Source: Oikopleura dioica
Lineage: Eukaryota > Animalia > Chordata
DNA: 64,000 nt
Direction: 5' to 3'
Assembly: GCA_907165135.1 (NCBI GenBank)
Contig: OU015569.1
Coordinates: 8,928,001 to 8,992,000 of the forward strand
Under the pieces are notes generated by a model. It searched no databases and was not told where the DNA came from. It saw only the letters and a program-made list of their open reading frames with translations. Both the position numbers and the translations under genes were made by a program. Positions 22,339-34,552 of the stretch are shown one piece after another; the stretch's first letter is position 1, and each line of letters begins with the position of its first letter.

Positions 22339-24896
22339 CTATTTGGAGAAGATCTTCATAGCTTCAAAGTACGGAATTACCCAGCACTGTTTATTCCATG
22401 CATGATCTCGAAGCTTCACTTCTACCTCGTAGCTCTTAAAAGTTAAGTTAGTGATCTAATTGGAATTATTTCATTACCTGGAAGTAGAAAATACCGGTGT
22501 GATCTTTATTCTCGTCCGGGACAACGGAGTAGGCTCCAGGGTTGAGCAACTGACCTAAAAGACCCGCTCCCGTGTCTGAGAGACCCTTAGAGCTGAGAAT
22601 TCGGAAATTGACATTTCCGTACGCCCTGTTAGTTAAAATTTCAAACTCAAAACCAAAATCAAGCTTCGCAATGAGAGAAATGCCCTTGCGTGTGGTTCGG
22701 TAATCTAGAATTCGGAAATCGCCTATCTTACCATCCTCTAAGTTTAATTCTCTATCTGGTCTAGCACTAAGGTAAGTTTTCCAGGACTCTGCTGTCATTC
22801 TGAGTGAATGTCCATTTTCTGAACGAATCTCGATTGACTCAAACAGCATTTGCTTTTTGTTCTTGTGCGGCGTAAATAAAGCGCCGAGAACTTTGACTTT
22901 CTTATCTGAAAGAATTATCAGGTCCTCGCCCGCTTGGCCACTGTAGTCGAAGCAAAGATCTGGCTGAGAAGAAGATTGTCCGAGAATATGGAAGTGGGGA
23001 TCTCCATAAGTACTTGTATGACTCTCCTAAATTTCGTTGAAATTTTTCAAATATTAAATCCATCTTACGTCGACAACACATGAGTCTCCCTCAAGATGAT
23101 AGCCAGTTTGACAAGAGCATTCATACCCACTGCATAAATTCGTACATTCAGAATTAGCGCCGCAAATAGATGCATCAAGGCACTGATCTTCGTCGCAAAT
23201 TTCTTCGCAAACTCCTCCTACCATTTGGAAGCCATCAATGCATACGCAAGCGCAGGTAGATGCGTACACGGTTTCGGTAATAACGACAACTTATTTTGGC
23301 TCAAGATTAGTCCACAAATCGGACTGAAATAGTAAAATAGCATTTGTTATTTCAATCAAAAATTAAGATTCATGAGCCAATCCTTCGCTATTAGGTACGT
23401 CGGCGCAAAAATCAGCAGGACACTCTACGGGAACGCACGAAAAGGAGTCACATGATGGAACACACGTGTGCTCAGCTGGGCAAACGTTTTCAGTTTCTTC
23501 GCACATGTCATAATTACAAGGATCCACGCAAACACCATCAACCATTTCAAAGCCAGCTTCACATTCACAGTGGTATCCATTGCAGTCATTGACACAGAGA
23601 CTGTTCGCACCACAAAGGTCTTCAGGAGCAGTGGCTCCGTCTCCAGCCTCGCACTGATTGATAATTTCGCAACACGCTCCGGTATTCTCGTCAGGCTCGT
23701 AACCAGCATCGCAAGTGCATTCGTAGAGTTCGCAAAGCTCAGTGCATGAGGCGTGGTCACCACATGGATTCGTCGTGCATTGCATTTCATCACAAATTTG
23801 AACGCATTGGTTCGTGTAAGGGTCAAGCTCAAAACCATCGAAACATTGGCACTCATGTCCAGTGCAAAGATCCACGCAATCAGAGAAAACAGGACATTCG
23901 CCGTTGTTGACCTCGCATTGATTCTCGTCGCAGACGACAAGGCACTCACTATTGTCATCGTTCATCGTAAACCCTTCGTCACAAATACATTCAAAGCCTG
24001 TGCAAAGATTTGAACAAGAACTGTTGTCTGGACAGATCGCAATACCCTCAGCGCATTCGTCCAGATCGCATGGAATCGCAGTAGTTATTAACTGCGTGGT
24101 AACAGTTGTTGTTTGCTCAGTTGTCATGGTTGTAGCCGTTGATGTGGTTGATGGAAAGGCTGTAACGGTGGTAGTTGTAGTGAAGTCAGTAGTAAATTCT
24201 GTGTACGCATCTTTTGTCGTTGTCGTCATGGTAGTTGTTGTGCTTGTTGTTGATGTCGTTGTTGTCGTCGTCGATGTTGTGGTCGTCGTCGATGTTGTGG
24301 TCGTCGTAGATGTTGTGGTCGTCGTAGATGTTGTGGTTGTTGTAGTAGTAGTGGTAGTTGTTGTTGTAGTTGTCGAAGATGCAGTTGTTGTAGTCGTGGT
24401 CGTGTATTCTTCTGTAGTTGTTTCCGCCTCTGTGGTTTGAGCAGCTGAACTTGTGTACGGATCGGGTGTTGTGTATGGATCCGGGGATACATATTTTTCT
24501 TGCGCGAGTGGGAGACATTTTCTGCCTTTCTTTTTGAAACCGGAGTGACAGTTACATGTGTATCCAATACATCTGTTTTGACAATCGGCATTTGGGTCAC
24601 AAGCATCTGGAGAATTACACTGATCCTCATCGCACCCGAACTGCTCCTTTAATCGCTTTCTTCTTCCTCTCGCAAGCATAAATTCTGATCCATCTGAAAC
24701 AATAATCAATGGCACTACTCTTGAGACTTCTTCATAAATCTCTATCTCTTTTTTGCCTATTCTCACCATTTTCGGAACCGACAGATGAACTGTCACTATA
24801 GTAAAAATAGTCAGCACTCAAGGAATCTTCAGCGAGAGAGTTATCCTGCGCCTCGCAAAAAGCGCTTAATAAAATGGCTATCCTTTGAATTCTCAT
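22339..24896 (-). CDS. Secreted EGF-repeat, Thr-rich mucin, ITIH C-terminal-domain protein (possible house/ECM protein)
   Basis: Signal peptide MRIQRIAILLSAFCEA; RRKR site; multiple EGF-like repeats; poly-Thr tract; GDPHF...LCF, KGLSDTGAGLLGQ and terminal CWVI match the ITIH C-terminal domain. Confidence 0.82.
24225..24420 (-). repeat. Coding tandem repeat (18-bp unit, TSTTTT) in the mucin segment
   Basis: gatgttgtggtcgtcgt(c/a) repeated about 4 times within a longer ACN-rich tract. Confidence 0.85.
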
Positions 24897-25508
24897 TTTC
24901 TGACGGAAAATCGAGTTCTCGCGGACCCCTTATAGACCAGTGACCATGTCCGATTTACGATACATGACATTGCGGCGGCTTTCTATTGCCATTACGCTAA
25001 TTCTGCTGCTTGCCTGGCGGAAGAATAAAGAGAGGCCCCAAATTATGAGAATTAACCGCGATGCTAATTCGCAGAAAGGAAAATGAAGTAAGTCCCATTT
25101 CATGGTTAATTGTATTACGCGATTGCATGAAACATATCAAAAGGCCCCTGCTTAATATGATTAAATCCCTGCGAGTTTATCATTCCTGTATTTATTAGGA
25201 ATCTCTATTTCCGAACAAGTTTTTCGGCATTTTCCGAAAAAATCACTCGAATTGCAAGCGTGACTGGAATGGGTGTGAAAAGTTTGACTCAAAAAATAGC
25301 AGTTTATCTGATAAACGCGCCGGGATACTTCTTCAAAGATAAAATCTTCTTTTCACAAGTGAGAGAACTTGACTGTTCCAGATTTTTACTGACCTCCGAG
25401 AACTGAACCATTTTCAAAAACCAAAATGGTTTGATTCATATCACTAATCTATAAATATCGCTGTCACGTTTGCTAAAACTATACCACTCCAGTAACACGA
25501 GTGCGAAA

Positions 25509-25984
25509 ATGTCAAAATTTTTTATGATGGCAAAAATCGTCGAAAAAAAGAACAGGAAAGTCGGAGACTGTCCAGATAGCAAGAAGGCAAAGGACGAAAC
25601 CTTGCAGAATGGTATGGATCCAGCGGCCTTTAGCGCCTTGATGAAGGAAAAAATGAATCCATCGCCGAAGTTAAAGAAAGAAGTTGAAGAGCTCGAAATG
25701 AAGCTGGAAAAAGGTAAGAGTCAGATTTTTATCCTGCGAGAAAAAAATTAAAAGCCTCTCTCTCTAAAATATCCCTTTTTAAACTTTATTTCTAACCCTT
25801 TCAAGTGACAAAAGACGCAGATGCCCTGACTGAATCGATGATGAAGAATACGCATCGAACTTCAACCCAAAAACGTGATGACAAAGATGACGATGACAAG
25901 CTCCAGAAACTCATCGATGAGAAAGAAATCCTAGAAAGCAAATTATTCCGGCTCACTGTCTTCAGAGCAAATATATCCATGTAA
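25509..25984 (+). CDS. Uncharacterised Lys-rich coiled-coil protein, 2 exons
   Basis: MSKFFMMAK...EMKLEK|VTKDADAL...ANISM*; GT-AG intron joins in frame. Confidence 0.5.
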
Positions 25985-26194
25985 AATGTTTCTTCTACCG
26001 ATTCTCCTTCTTATTTCCTACTTCACGCCTCTCGCGGCATATAATCAAGCCGACTTTCTCTATCTGGATCACAATCATTACAAGACACCACACCAATGAT
26101 TACCGCTTTTCACAATAAAACTCATCCCCATCGACAGCCGTTTTAATAATGTATTATTCAATTTGAAGTGTTAATTGCCGAATTCCAGTTCTGA

Positions 26195-26830
26195 CTAGAT
26201 ATCAGGACTTGGAAAGGTGAATCTGAGTTTGTCTGATTCTAGCGCTAATGATAATTGCTCGAGGAGATCAGCGATCGACCGCAGAACAGTTGATCTATCG
26301 ATTATCACTCCGCTACGTTTGTTCATTCAATCGTCGTCCTAATTCTGATCCTCGTGGTGTAGCTTACGTAGCAGTAGAAGAATATCACGTCTCCAGCGAC
26401 GTGTCTCACTTTCGTTTTAGGGGCTGAAGGTGAGTGTTACGTTTTCAATGCATTAGTTCTAGTTGAATATGCTAGAACTATAATAGTTAAAATGCTTTCA
26501 GAGATATCGATGCATCGTAGATTCACTCGCAAATGTCTTTTGAATGATGTGGCATTGCTGGTCCAGAGATGAAATTTTCATCAGTATCTGGGTTGTTCTA
26601 TTTCATTGAAGCAGAATTTCGATCGCGCTCTGAGCCAATGAACAGCAGCGCTCTGAGTCGTTACGTAAGCGTCTAGAGGAGAGTTTCTCAGCCACTTCAA
26701 GCCAAGATACGATCTGCTAAACTCCGAAGAGAATCATAAGCCGAAAGAGAAAACCATGGTAGCCAAGACGAAGAACAATGTCGATGCCGTTCAGGAAATT
26801 TGTTAGAGAGTCGCTTATCAATAACCTTCA
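26195..26830 (-). CDS. Possible small gene divergent from ZNF598 (unresolved)
   Basis: Protein-like segments (RSYLGLKWLRNSPLD; IDRSTVLRSIADLLEQLSLALES) separated by intron-like tracts; exon chain not closed. Confidence 0.3.
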
Positions 26831-26957
26831 TGAGTAATTGTCCTCGCTTTTCCCTTTTTACTCCTCCCTTCCCTTTTAGAGACGTTCGCAGCTCTTGTTG
26901 AAAAGATTTCTAGATATCTGCAGTTCGTTTTGTCCAAACTTGTATTTTTGTTTTAAA

Positions 26958-29900
26958 ATGAGTTGGTTGGAGAGAGATGCTCGCTCTAACAAAATAAAGG
27001 TGGTGGAGGACAATGACCGAACCTGCTGCATCTGCGCGAATGAAATCAAAATTTGGGCGATCGGCAAGTGCAAGCACCCAGGTAAAAATGAGCACTGTCA
27101 GATCAGCATTCTAGTGTTAATCATTAGTGTGCTACATTTGCAGCTCTCGAATGCGTGTGCTCAACAAGAAAGAAACGAAGCACAAGGATCTCTGCGCCGT
27201 TTGTAAGACCGAAATTCCTGACGTGATTTTCCACACTTCCATGTTCGAATTCGACGCTATCAATGTGAGAGAGCAAACCGCCTTCCATGTTTTAGAAAAA
27301 GAATTTAGATCAGCTCTCTCGACAGGGATGCAGCGTCTGGCATCTGTTTCTTCAACTCGGACTCAAGAGACAAATTCGAAGATTTGCAAAAAGAAGCTTG
27401 CCATATATGCACTAAGGTTTATTATTCTATATCAAGGTTTATTATTAGAGAAATGAAGTTTGCAACAAATAAAACTGTTGTTAGGCAAAGTCGTTTGTGG
27501 CGGAAGAATTCGACGACCTCAAAATCCACATGCGCCGTAAGCACGACTTGCACCACTGTGAAATATGCAAGTCGCATTATCTTCTGTTTCCACGCGAACG
27601 AAAGTGGTATGGGCACGGCTCTAAATTTAAAATCAGCACTATAATTGAATGAAAGGAACAAACTAACAGCCGATTCAAAGACGCAAAGAGCTAGCTAGCC
27701 ACAAAATTAAAGGAGATGTTGATGATAAGTCCCACAAAGGGCACCCTAATTGTCAGTTCTGCAAGGACCGCTACTTGGACAAGGAAGAGTTGTACCGACA
27801 TTTAATGAAGGAGCATTACAACTGCCACATCTGCGAGTCGAAAGATGGGAAGAAAGAGTTCATGGAAAGCATGCGAGAAATGGTGAAGCATTTTCGAAAG
27901 GACCACTACCTCTGTGAGCATCCGGACTGCAAGGAGAACCCACTGACAGCTGTATTTTCCGACGAAGTTAACTTTCAAATTCACGTCTCGAATAAACACG
28001 GCGGAATCGACAAGAAAGATATTCGGATGGACATTGGTCTTTCAAGGAATGCTGTTGACATGCAGCAAGAAATAGAAGAGCAAATCCAGGAGCAGCAAAA
28101 TCAAACCGCGCCTGACATGGAAAACGAAGAGGAATTTCCCACAATGGGCGGCAAGAAGAAGAACGGGTTCACTTTTCACGCCGCTAAGACAGGCCTTCCT
28201 CAAAGCAACTCGAGTATGTCTAGCAGAATTAGCCAAGGAACGAACCGGAACGTAGCGCACCAGAACTATCGCTCGTTAGGAAACAACAAACAGATCTCGG
28301 ACGCTGAGGAGTTCCCAACTCTCGGAGGCGGCAATGCCCGAGCTCCGATCAATCCCAACTGGAAAGCCAAGGCTATACAAAACAACAAACCTATCACACG
28401 ACCAAATGTGATTTCTTCTTCAAAATCGAAGAACAAATCAGCGCCTACCCCAAAAGTTACTATCCCTGTCCAAAATTCAGCCACTGCCGCTCTCTACGCT
28501 GCTTCTCAGGGTCAATCGTGGAGCCAAGAGCCTGATGTTTTCGTCGAAAAATCGCAGCTACAGCTTGAAGCAGAGCGCAAAACTCGACTCGCTGAAGAAC
28601 GCGCGACACAGCCCAAGAAAAGCGCCCCACAGCGTGACCACAGTCAATTTCCTTCTCTTGGTGGAGGTGCTCCCAAGCCAAATGCGTTCTGGGGCGTCCC
28701 AGGTGCTTCCATTCCCAAGTCTAACACTGGCAAGAAGAAGGGCAAGCAAAAAGGTAGACTCTAATCTATTGCGAATTATTTATCCAAAGAATCGTAGTTC
28801 TTCCGCGTCCAGATATTCTTCCCGGGCAGGCTCCGCTGCCAGTGTCGCATAAACCGTCACCTGCTAAATCAAAAGCGCCAACGCAGACGCCGCCTCCTCC
28901 CCAAGCGCAACATTTCACGAAAAATCAGAAACGTGTTGAATCTGACGTCACACGTGGCGAAGCTAACTCTGCCTCCGATCTTGCTGCTCGATTTGGTGGC
29001 GGATACTCAGGTTCTTTCCTTCGCGTGAGAGCCTTTCTTCATTCGTGTTTTAGGATGGAGTGCTCCACCAGAGACTTTTCAGGAAAAGTCGCTGCTAGAG
29101 ATCGAAGATGAAAGAAGACGGACACACGCTCCTAAAGTGAAAAATCAAAGGGCTCCAAAACTAGAGGAGTTTCCTACTTTAGGAGGAAGCAAACCTGCAG
29201 CACCAGCCGGCTTCTGGGGCGTCCCTGGAGCGGCTACGAAAAAAGCGCCAGGCTCCGGAAAAGGTAAAAATGCGAAGAAACAGCCCGTGCCTATGCCAGC
29301 AAAGAAAGCTGATGTTCAAAAACCCGTCAAAAAACAAATAAAAGAAACAGTTCATGAAACCCAAAAACCCAAAAAGAAGAATGCGGTTATCTATGCAGCT
29401 CCGGAGCCTGTTCCTGAAACTCAAAATGCGTCGCAGCTTGCTCAGAGAATGACTGGTGGCTACTCGGGTTGGTCGGCGCCGCCCACAGTCTTCGTTGAGA
29501 AAAGTTTGCTCGAAATTCAAGATGAAGAGCGAAGAAACAAGCACAAACAGAATGCGCAGAATAACGGAGGGCCGAATTGGAGTCCCAAAGATGACAGGTA
29601 AGATTATTACTTAGTAAAATTAGACGATACATCAAACGAGTTACTTACTTTTTTTTAGTGCGTTTCCCTCTCTAGGCGGGGAATTCGAAGCGGCTGTTCC
29701 AACTGTAAGCGGTTTCGCAAGTATGTTGGCAAAAGAGCCAACAAAGAATGAACAGAAGAAAGTAGCTAAGGAAGAAGAACGAAAAAGTCAGCCTGATTTC
29801 GTTGTTTCAAATGAGCAAGATTTCCCCGCTTTTGAGAATAGTCAACAGATCTATGATGAATCCAGCGAGGAAGAGAGTGACTCAGAAGTTGATATGGCGG

Positions 29901-30231
29901 CGGTTAATCAGCGTCTGCGCGACGCCATCGCTCAGATGAGCGCCAAACTACAAGAGAGATTCAAGGTAAGTTAGGGAGAGAGCAAAAATAAAATAGAGAT
30001 TATTTCTTGAATTAGAATTGTCTGCTCATTCACGCGAGAATTCTCTAAATATTTTTTAAGATTTGCTCGGGCAAATTCCGTACGGGTCAAATCACGGCGG
30101 ACGATTACGTGAAAGAAGGCTCATCGATTATGGGCAAGAAAGCTTTTGTGAAGTTGATTCCTGACCTGCTGGCTACTCTTCCTGATGGCAAACACAAGAA
30201 AGCCCTTGCTACTGCTCATAAAAAACTGTGA
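26958..30231 (+). CDS. ZNF598: Ribosome-collision E3 ubiquitin ligase (Hel2 family)
   Basis: RING CCICANE...CKHPVCYIC...CAVC; C2H2 array (HKGHPNCQFC, HFRKDHYLC); FPxLG-rich tail; C-terminal LIPDLLATLPD helix bundle. Confidence 0.92.
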
Positions 30232-30447
30232 ACTCATCCATTCTGTAACAATTTTTCTTCCCAATAATTGAAAATTTTCATCTGTGCAATTTTTGAAAAC
30301 GAACGAGATAAAGGTTGTTCTCGTGGTCCGATTCTTCTATTTCAGGATGCCTTATTTATTGGAAAATTGCTAAATTATTTTATAATAATTATAATTATTT
30401 AAAGAAAAGGAGTTCCCCCATCATCTCATCATTGTGACAATTTAAGA

Positions 30448-32895
30448 ATGTCGGAAAAGGACAAAATGTCGAGAATGGAGGCTCTCCTCAACAGGAGGCT
30501 TTCGGCAATCGAGTCCAAACTGGACGATCTACAGTGTGAGTGAAGTTAGAAAAAAACATATTCTTTTGATGTAGAGCGCCATTTGTTGCTAGTCAAATTG
30601 TTTGTCAACATTTTATCTAGCCACGTCAGATAGCCGCACCGCCCGACTTTCTGACAAAGTATCAAGTCTTCAAGCGACAGTCGATTACATGACTACTCTC
30701 ATTGAACAGCTCAGCGAGAAGCCCCAGTTTCGGCAGAATGACGAGAAATTCGAGCCCGTTCAGATCGAAGCTTTTGAAGATCAGGTTTGATTCGACAAAA
30801 AGACATTTTTTTTACTTTTAGCTGCTTCCTGCCAAAGACGATGAGATCGCACACGATATGATCGAAGAGAATGCTTCATTGATTGATCCTAACCCCGAAA
30901 CACGTTCGATGGATAGCACCAACTCATTCGCTATTATACCGACTGGTATGGCCACCAACGAAGCTTTGAAACGAGGAAGTCGAACGATCTCAGAGACTTC
31001 GTCTTTTGCTGAGATCGAGGACGACATTTCAGAAAGGTGAAGCGCTCCTAATTATGCATTCTTAGTAACAAATTAGTGGTACATTGATTGAAGATGCGGA
31101 CGAAGTAGTAGAGAAAGAGGAACGCCACGCAAACGCAAGTAATGATGATCAAGTTGAGCGAAACAAAGATGTTTCTCCTCAGAATAACGAGCCACGTGAG
31201 AACGACGAATTGCAGGTCAAAGAAAACGGCGAAGACTGCCTCTCAATTGAATATGCAAAACAGCGGGAGTCAATCAAGAAAATTCAAGATCGAATATTCG
31301 AGGTAAATTGTATAGCAGCAACAGCTCAAAAATTAAATATTTTAAGGAATCGAAGAGCTCATTATCATCTACGTCGTCGCCAACTGTGTCGCGACAGGTG
31401 TCGGAATCAAGCTCAACTGCGTCGAGATGGTCTGAGTCAACGCGTGAACAGCACAATGCCATGGTCGAGAAACAGCTTCGGGAATTGAGAGGGGGTAATC
31501 CGTAAGATAATAAGAGTCGTACTTATGATTTTTTAGAGCTATCAGACGCGAGTATCATAGCGCATAGCGTCGGAGATGGCTTCACCCCCATGAATTCAAC
31601 GAACTCCGTTCCTTCGACTCGATCTAGTCTGACTGACTCGATCAACTTAGACGTTAGAGTTGATCCATTTCTCACGAACGATAACATCATCCCCGCTCCC
31701 GTAAGATAGGAAGCATATTTCAAAGAACTAACTCTTTTTTCCAGCCGCGTACCTCACCGTCAGCTTCTCTGAACGCTCGACAACAGGAAGAATCGAGAAC
31801 ACAAGATCTTGCCTCCAGAATGGCGAGTGCTGCGCCCTTCGAGCCTCGATTTCAGATTCCACTATCCGCGATGGAGACAGACCCCAATCGCAATCAGATG
31901 GCGCTGTCACGGGCATTCGAACAAAATCACAGCTTCGCTACTGTAGTCAATCAGGCGGCAGATAGCACTTCTCATCCACGGTGAGTTTAATTAAGAAATC
32001 CAAGATAAGAATTTTTAGTCTTTCCAACGCAGAAGCCGCTGCTGCTGTTAGTGCGCTGAAGCGAGAGTTTGGAGAGGAGCATGAGCCACTTATCGTCGCC
32101 GCGATGAAGAAGTTTAGCGGAAACGCCAACCAATGCAAAGACTTCCTAAACAGCCGCCAGTTGACTACCCAATTTCTGATTGCTAAGTTTCGACTTGAAG
32201 ACTTGGACTGCCAAGTGGACTTGGAAACGCTCGCCCAACTGACGGTCACCGTAAGATTATTTTAGAGCACTAATATCTGTGTGAAAGTTACGATAAAAAA
32301 TGCTGTAATTACGGCTCGTACACGAAATTGCTTCCCCAGCGGAATTGACCTTAATTTTAGTACGACAACATTTCTCAAGTGGTCAACGACTACATCGAAT
32401 TCGAATTTCAACAGCAAGCAATGTGAGTATTAGTGCACCTAGGGTTAAGATTGTGGTTGAGGTCAGTTAGAACTATTATTGACTAGCGAACATGTCAAAT
32501 CCACATGTTGACACTCTTGTAGAAGCGATCACTTAACCCTGTCGAACATCGCTCTTGAAATTTTTCCTCCCCTAAGAAAAAAAACGGTGTGATGAGAAAA
32601 TTCTTTTGAGGTTTATTGTTAGTGGATTCTAAGTTGAAACGTGCTTTTACTTGAAAGGTGAAAGTAAATAAGACGGTGTGAGCATGTTATTTCGCGGAGC
32701 GGTCAATAATAGTGAACTGTTTGCCTTCGTTATGCGTTCGTTTTTAGACTTTTCGTACTCTAACTTTATTCTAGGGCTCCGGAAGCACCTCGACGACGAG
32801 GTGCCGAACATGATCACCATCTTTTTGGAGTGGACCGACTCATTCAATTCGTCTCACAGAAAGCTAACGAGATCTCTTCTATCATCTCCCACTGA
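30448..32895 (+). CDS. Uncharacterised protein: N-terminal coiled coil, Ser-rich middle, helical UBA-like C-terminal segment
   Basis: ATG after a tttaag acceptor; many short GT-AG introns (MEALLNRRLSAIESKLDDLQ...EPLIVAAMKKFSGNANQCKDFL); 3' end uncertain. Confidence 0.5.
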
Positions 32896-34552
32896 GAACC
32901 ATCCGTGTATTATACAATCCCTCTCCCTTTCAGCACACTACCTTATCTTCTTCCTTTTCCCTCGGCCTACTGATGCACCTGCCCTCTAGTTCATACTCGA
33001 CTGAAACATAATGTTAATGAACACATTCAAACTCCGTTTTTATTTTATTCGCCCGATTTTTTTCAATTTCGATTCCTTTTCTTCTAACAGACATTCGTAT
33101 TTTTTCTTCCACTATTTCAATTGAGTTATTTTCTCCTTTTACCAGTTGAAAAATCATTGACAGTTAAACAAGCATTTATCTTCGGTTTCGTTAACGACCT
33201 TCTCTTGTCGTGTACCGACCATTCATTATTTGAAAGTTTCAAATTGAAACTATTTCGTTTTCAACTCACAATTTACCATTTGTCTTCAAAATACAATAAA
33301 AAACCCATTTTCGTACGTACTCCGTGCGGCAAAATGAGAGCCAATATTCTCTAACTACGCGCGGTACTAATTACTCGGCTAATGGCAACTTTGCACAAGC
33401 ACTTCCAGAAAAAAGCATTGAATACCTAATATAAGCAAACTTAAGTGCATGCATATGAATTCGGAATTCCTCGTCAAAGTTAACCCATTTCAAGAAGTGT
33501 TTTTCATTAAATTTCATTTAGCGAAATTCTGCCGATCAGGAGGAACCTTACATTTTTAGTGAATTAGTATCTATGAGTCAGAGTTTACCAGGAGGTAAGG
33601 CGATCTACATAATTTACAAATGTACACTGACAGAAAATCGTGGAAATATGTTTTGTTTGTGTGTTTCAAGCTTGACGTATGTATTCGATTGCGTTTCTTG
33701 ATATTCTGCTGACTGAAATGAAGACATATGAATTTGATATAGGGTCACTGCGGCGCGAGCCGCAAACGTTTTATTTTTGGCGAACAAGATTTATGTTTGG
33801 TGAGTTTTGTTGATGCGTCTTCTATTTACAGTGAAGGTCATTTCTGCTTTTCGTGGTTTTCGTCGTCTTCTGGAGAGCGCGAATAAGTATCTCCTCGATT
33901 TGGAAATTTTGCCTCCACTGCGGGCCGAAATGGCAGCGGTTTCCGCCGACAGCTTTGAAAATTTCTGAAAGCACAATAAGTTTTTGAAAGTAGTTTCCTA
34001 ACCAACCTCGCTCCAACGATAGGAGCACCATCAAGAAGGAAGAATGCGGAGGTCATTTCGTGTCAGGTGTGACCTCCCTAAACTCCCCACTTGATTTCGT
34101 CCACAGATCATCCAGTACGACAGTGATTGTTCTTTCAATCAACCAAGCGTCAATCGATCTTCGGTTTTGATTTCATCATTTTTCGATTTGTTTTTTTCAT
34201 TTTTCGTCATTTTAGGTCATTTAGGATATTTATACATTACGGGTGTTATTAATGAGTTCAGGATAATTAATTTAATTCTCAAAATCAAAAGTTGAATTTA
34301 CATTGCGGCATAAGCAAATGCCAAGTCGAAGTTATTTCCTGAATCGATCAACGCTTTTGAAAGCCTTTTCCGATCGATTACTCGGGGTACGCGAAGGGGT
34401 AGAGTAATTTACGCATGAAACTATTTACAAATGTTACTGTGCTAACTACCCACCAAACTAGTCCTGCTTCTATGATAAGAACTTTTTTTCTTTTCAAAAA
34501 TATTTCAGCACCGGATTAATATTGGTGAGTAGACGCGCGTAAATCTATCGTA

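Noticed and set aside
23952-24630. Poly-Val, His/Asp-rich and Gln/Arg-rich ORFs
   Set aside because: Alternate frames and antisense of the poly-Thr coding repeat.
34060-34150. VVLDDLW resembling an NB-ARC Walker B motif (minus strand)
   Set aside because: Short frame closed by stops, with no P-loop nearby.
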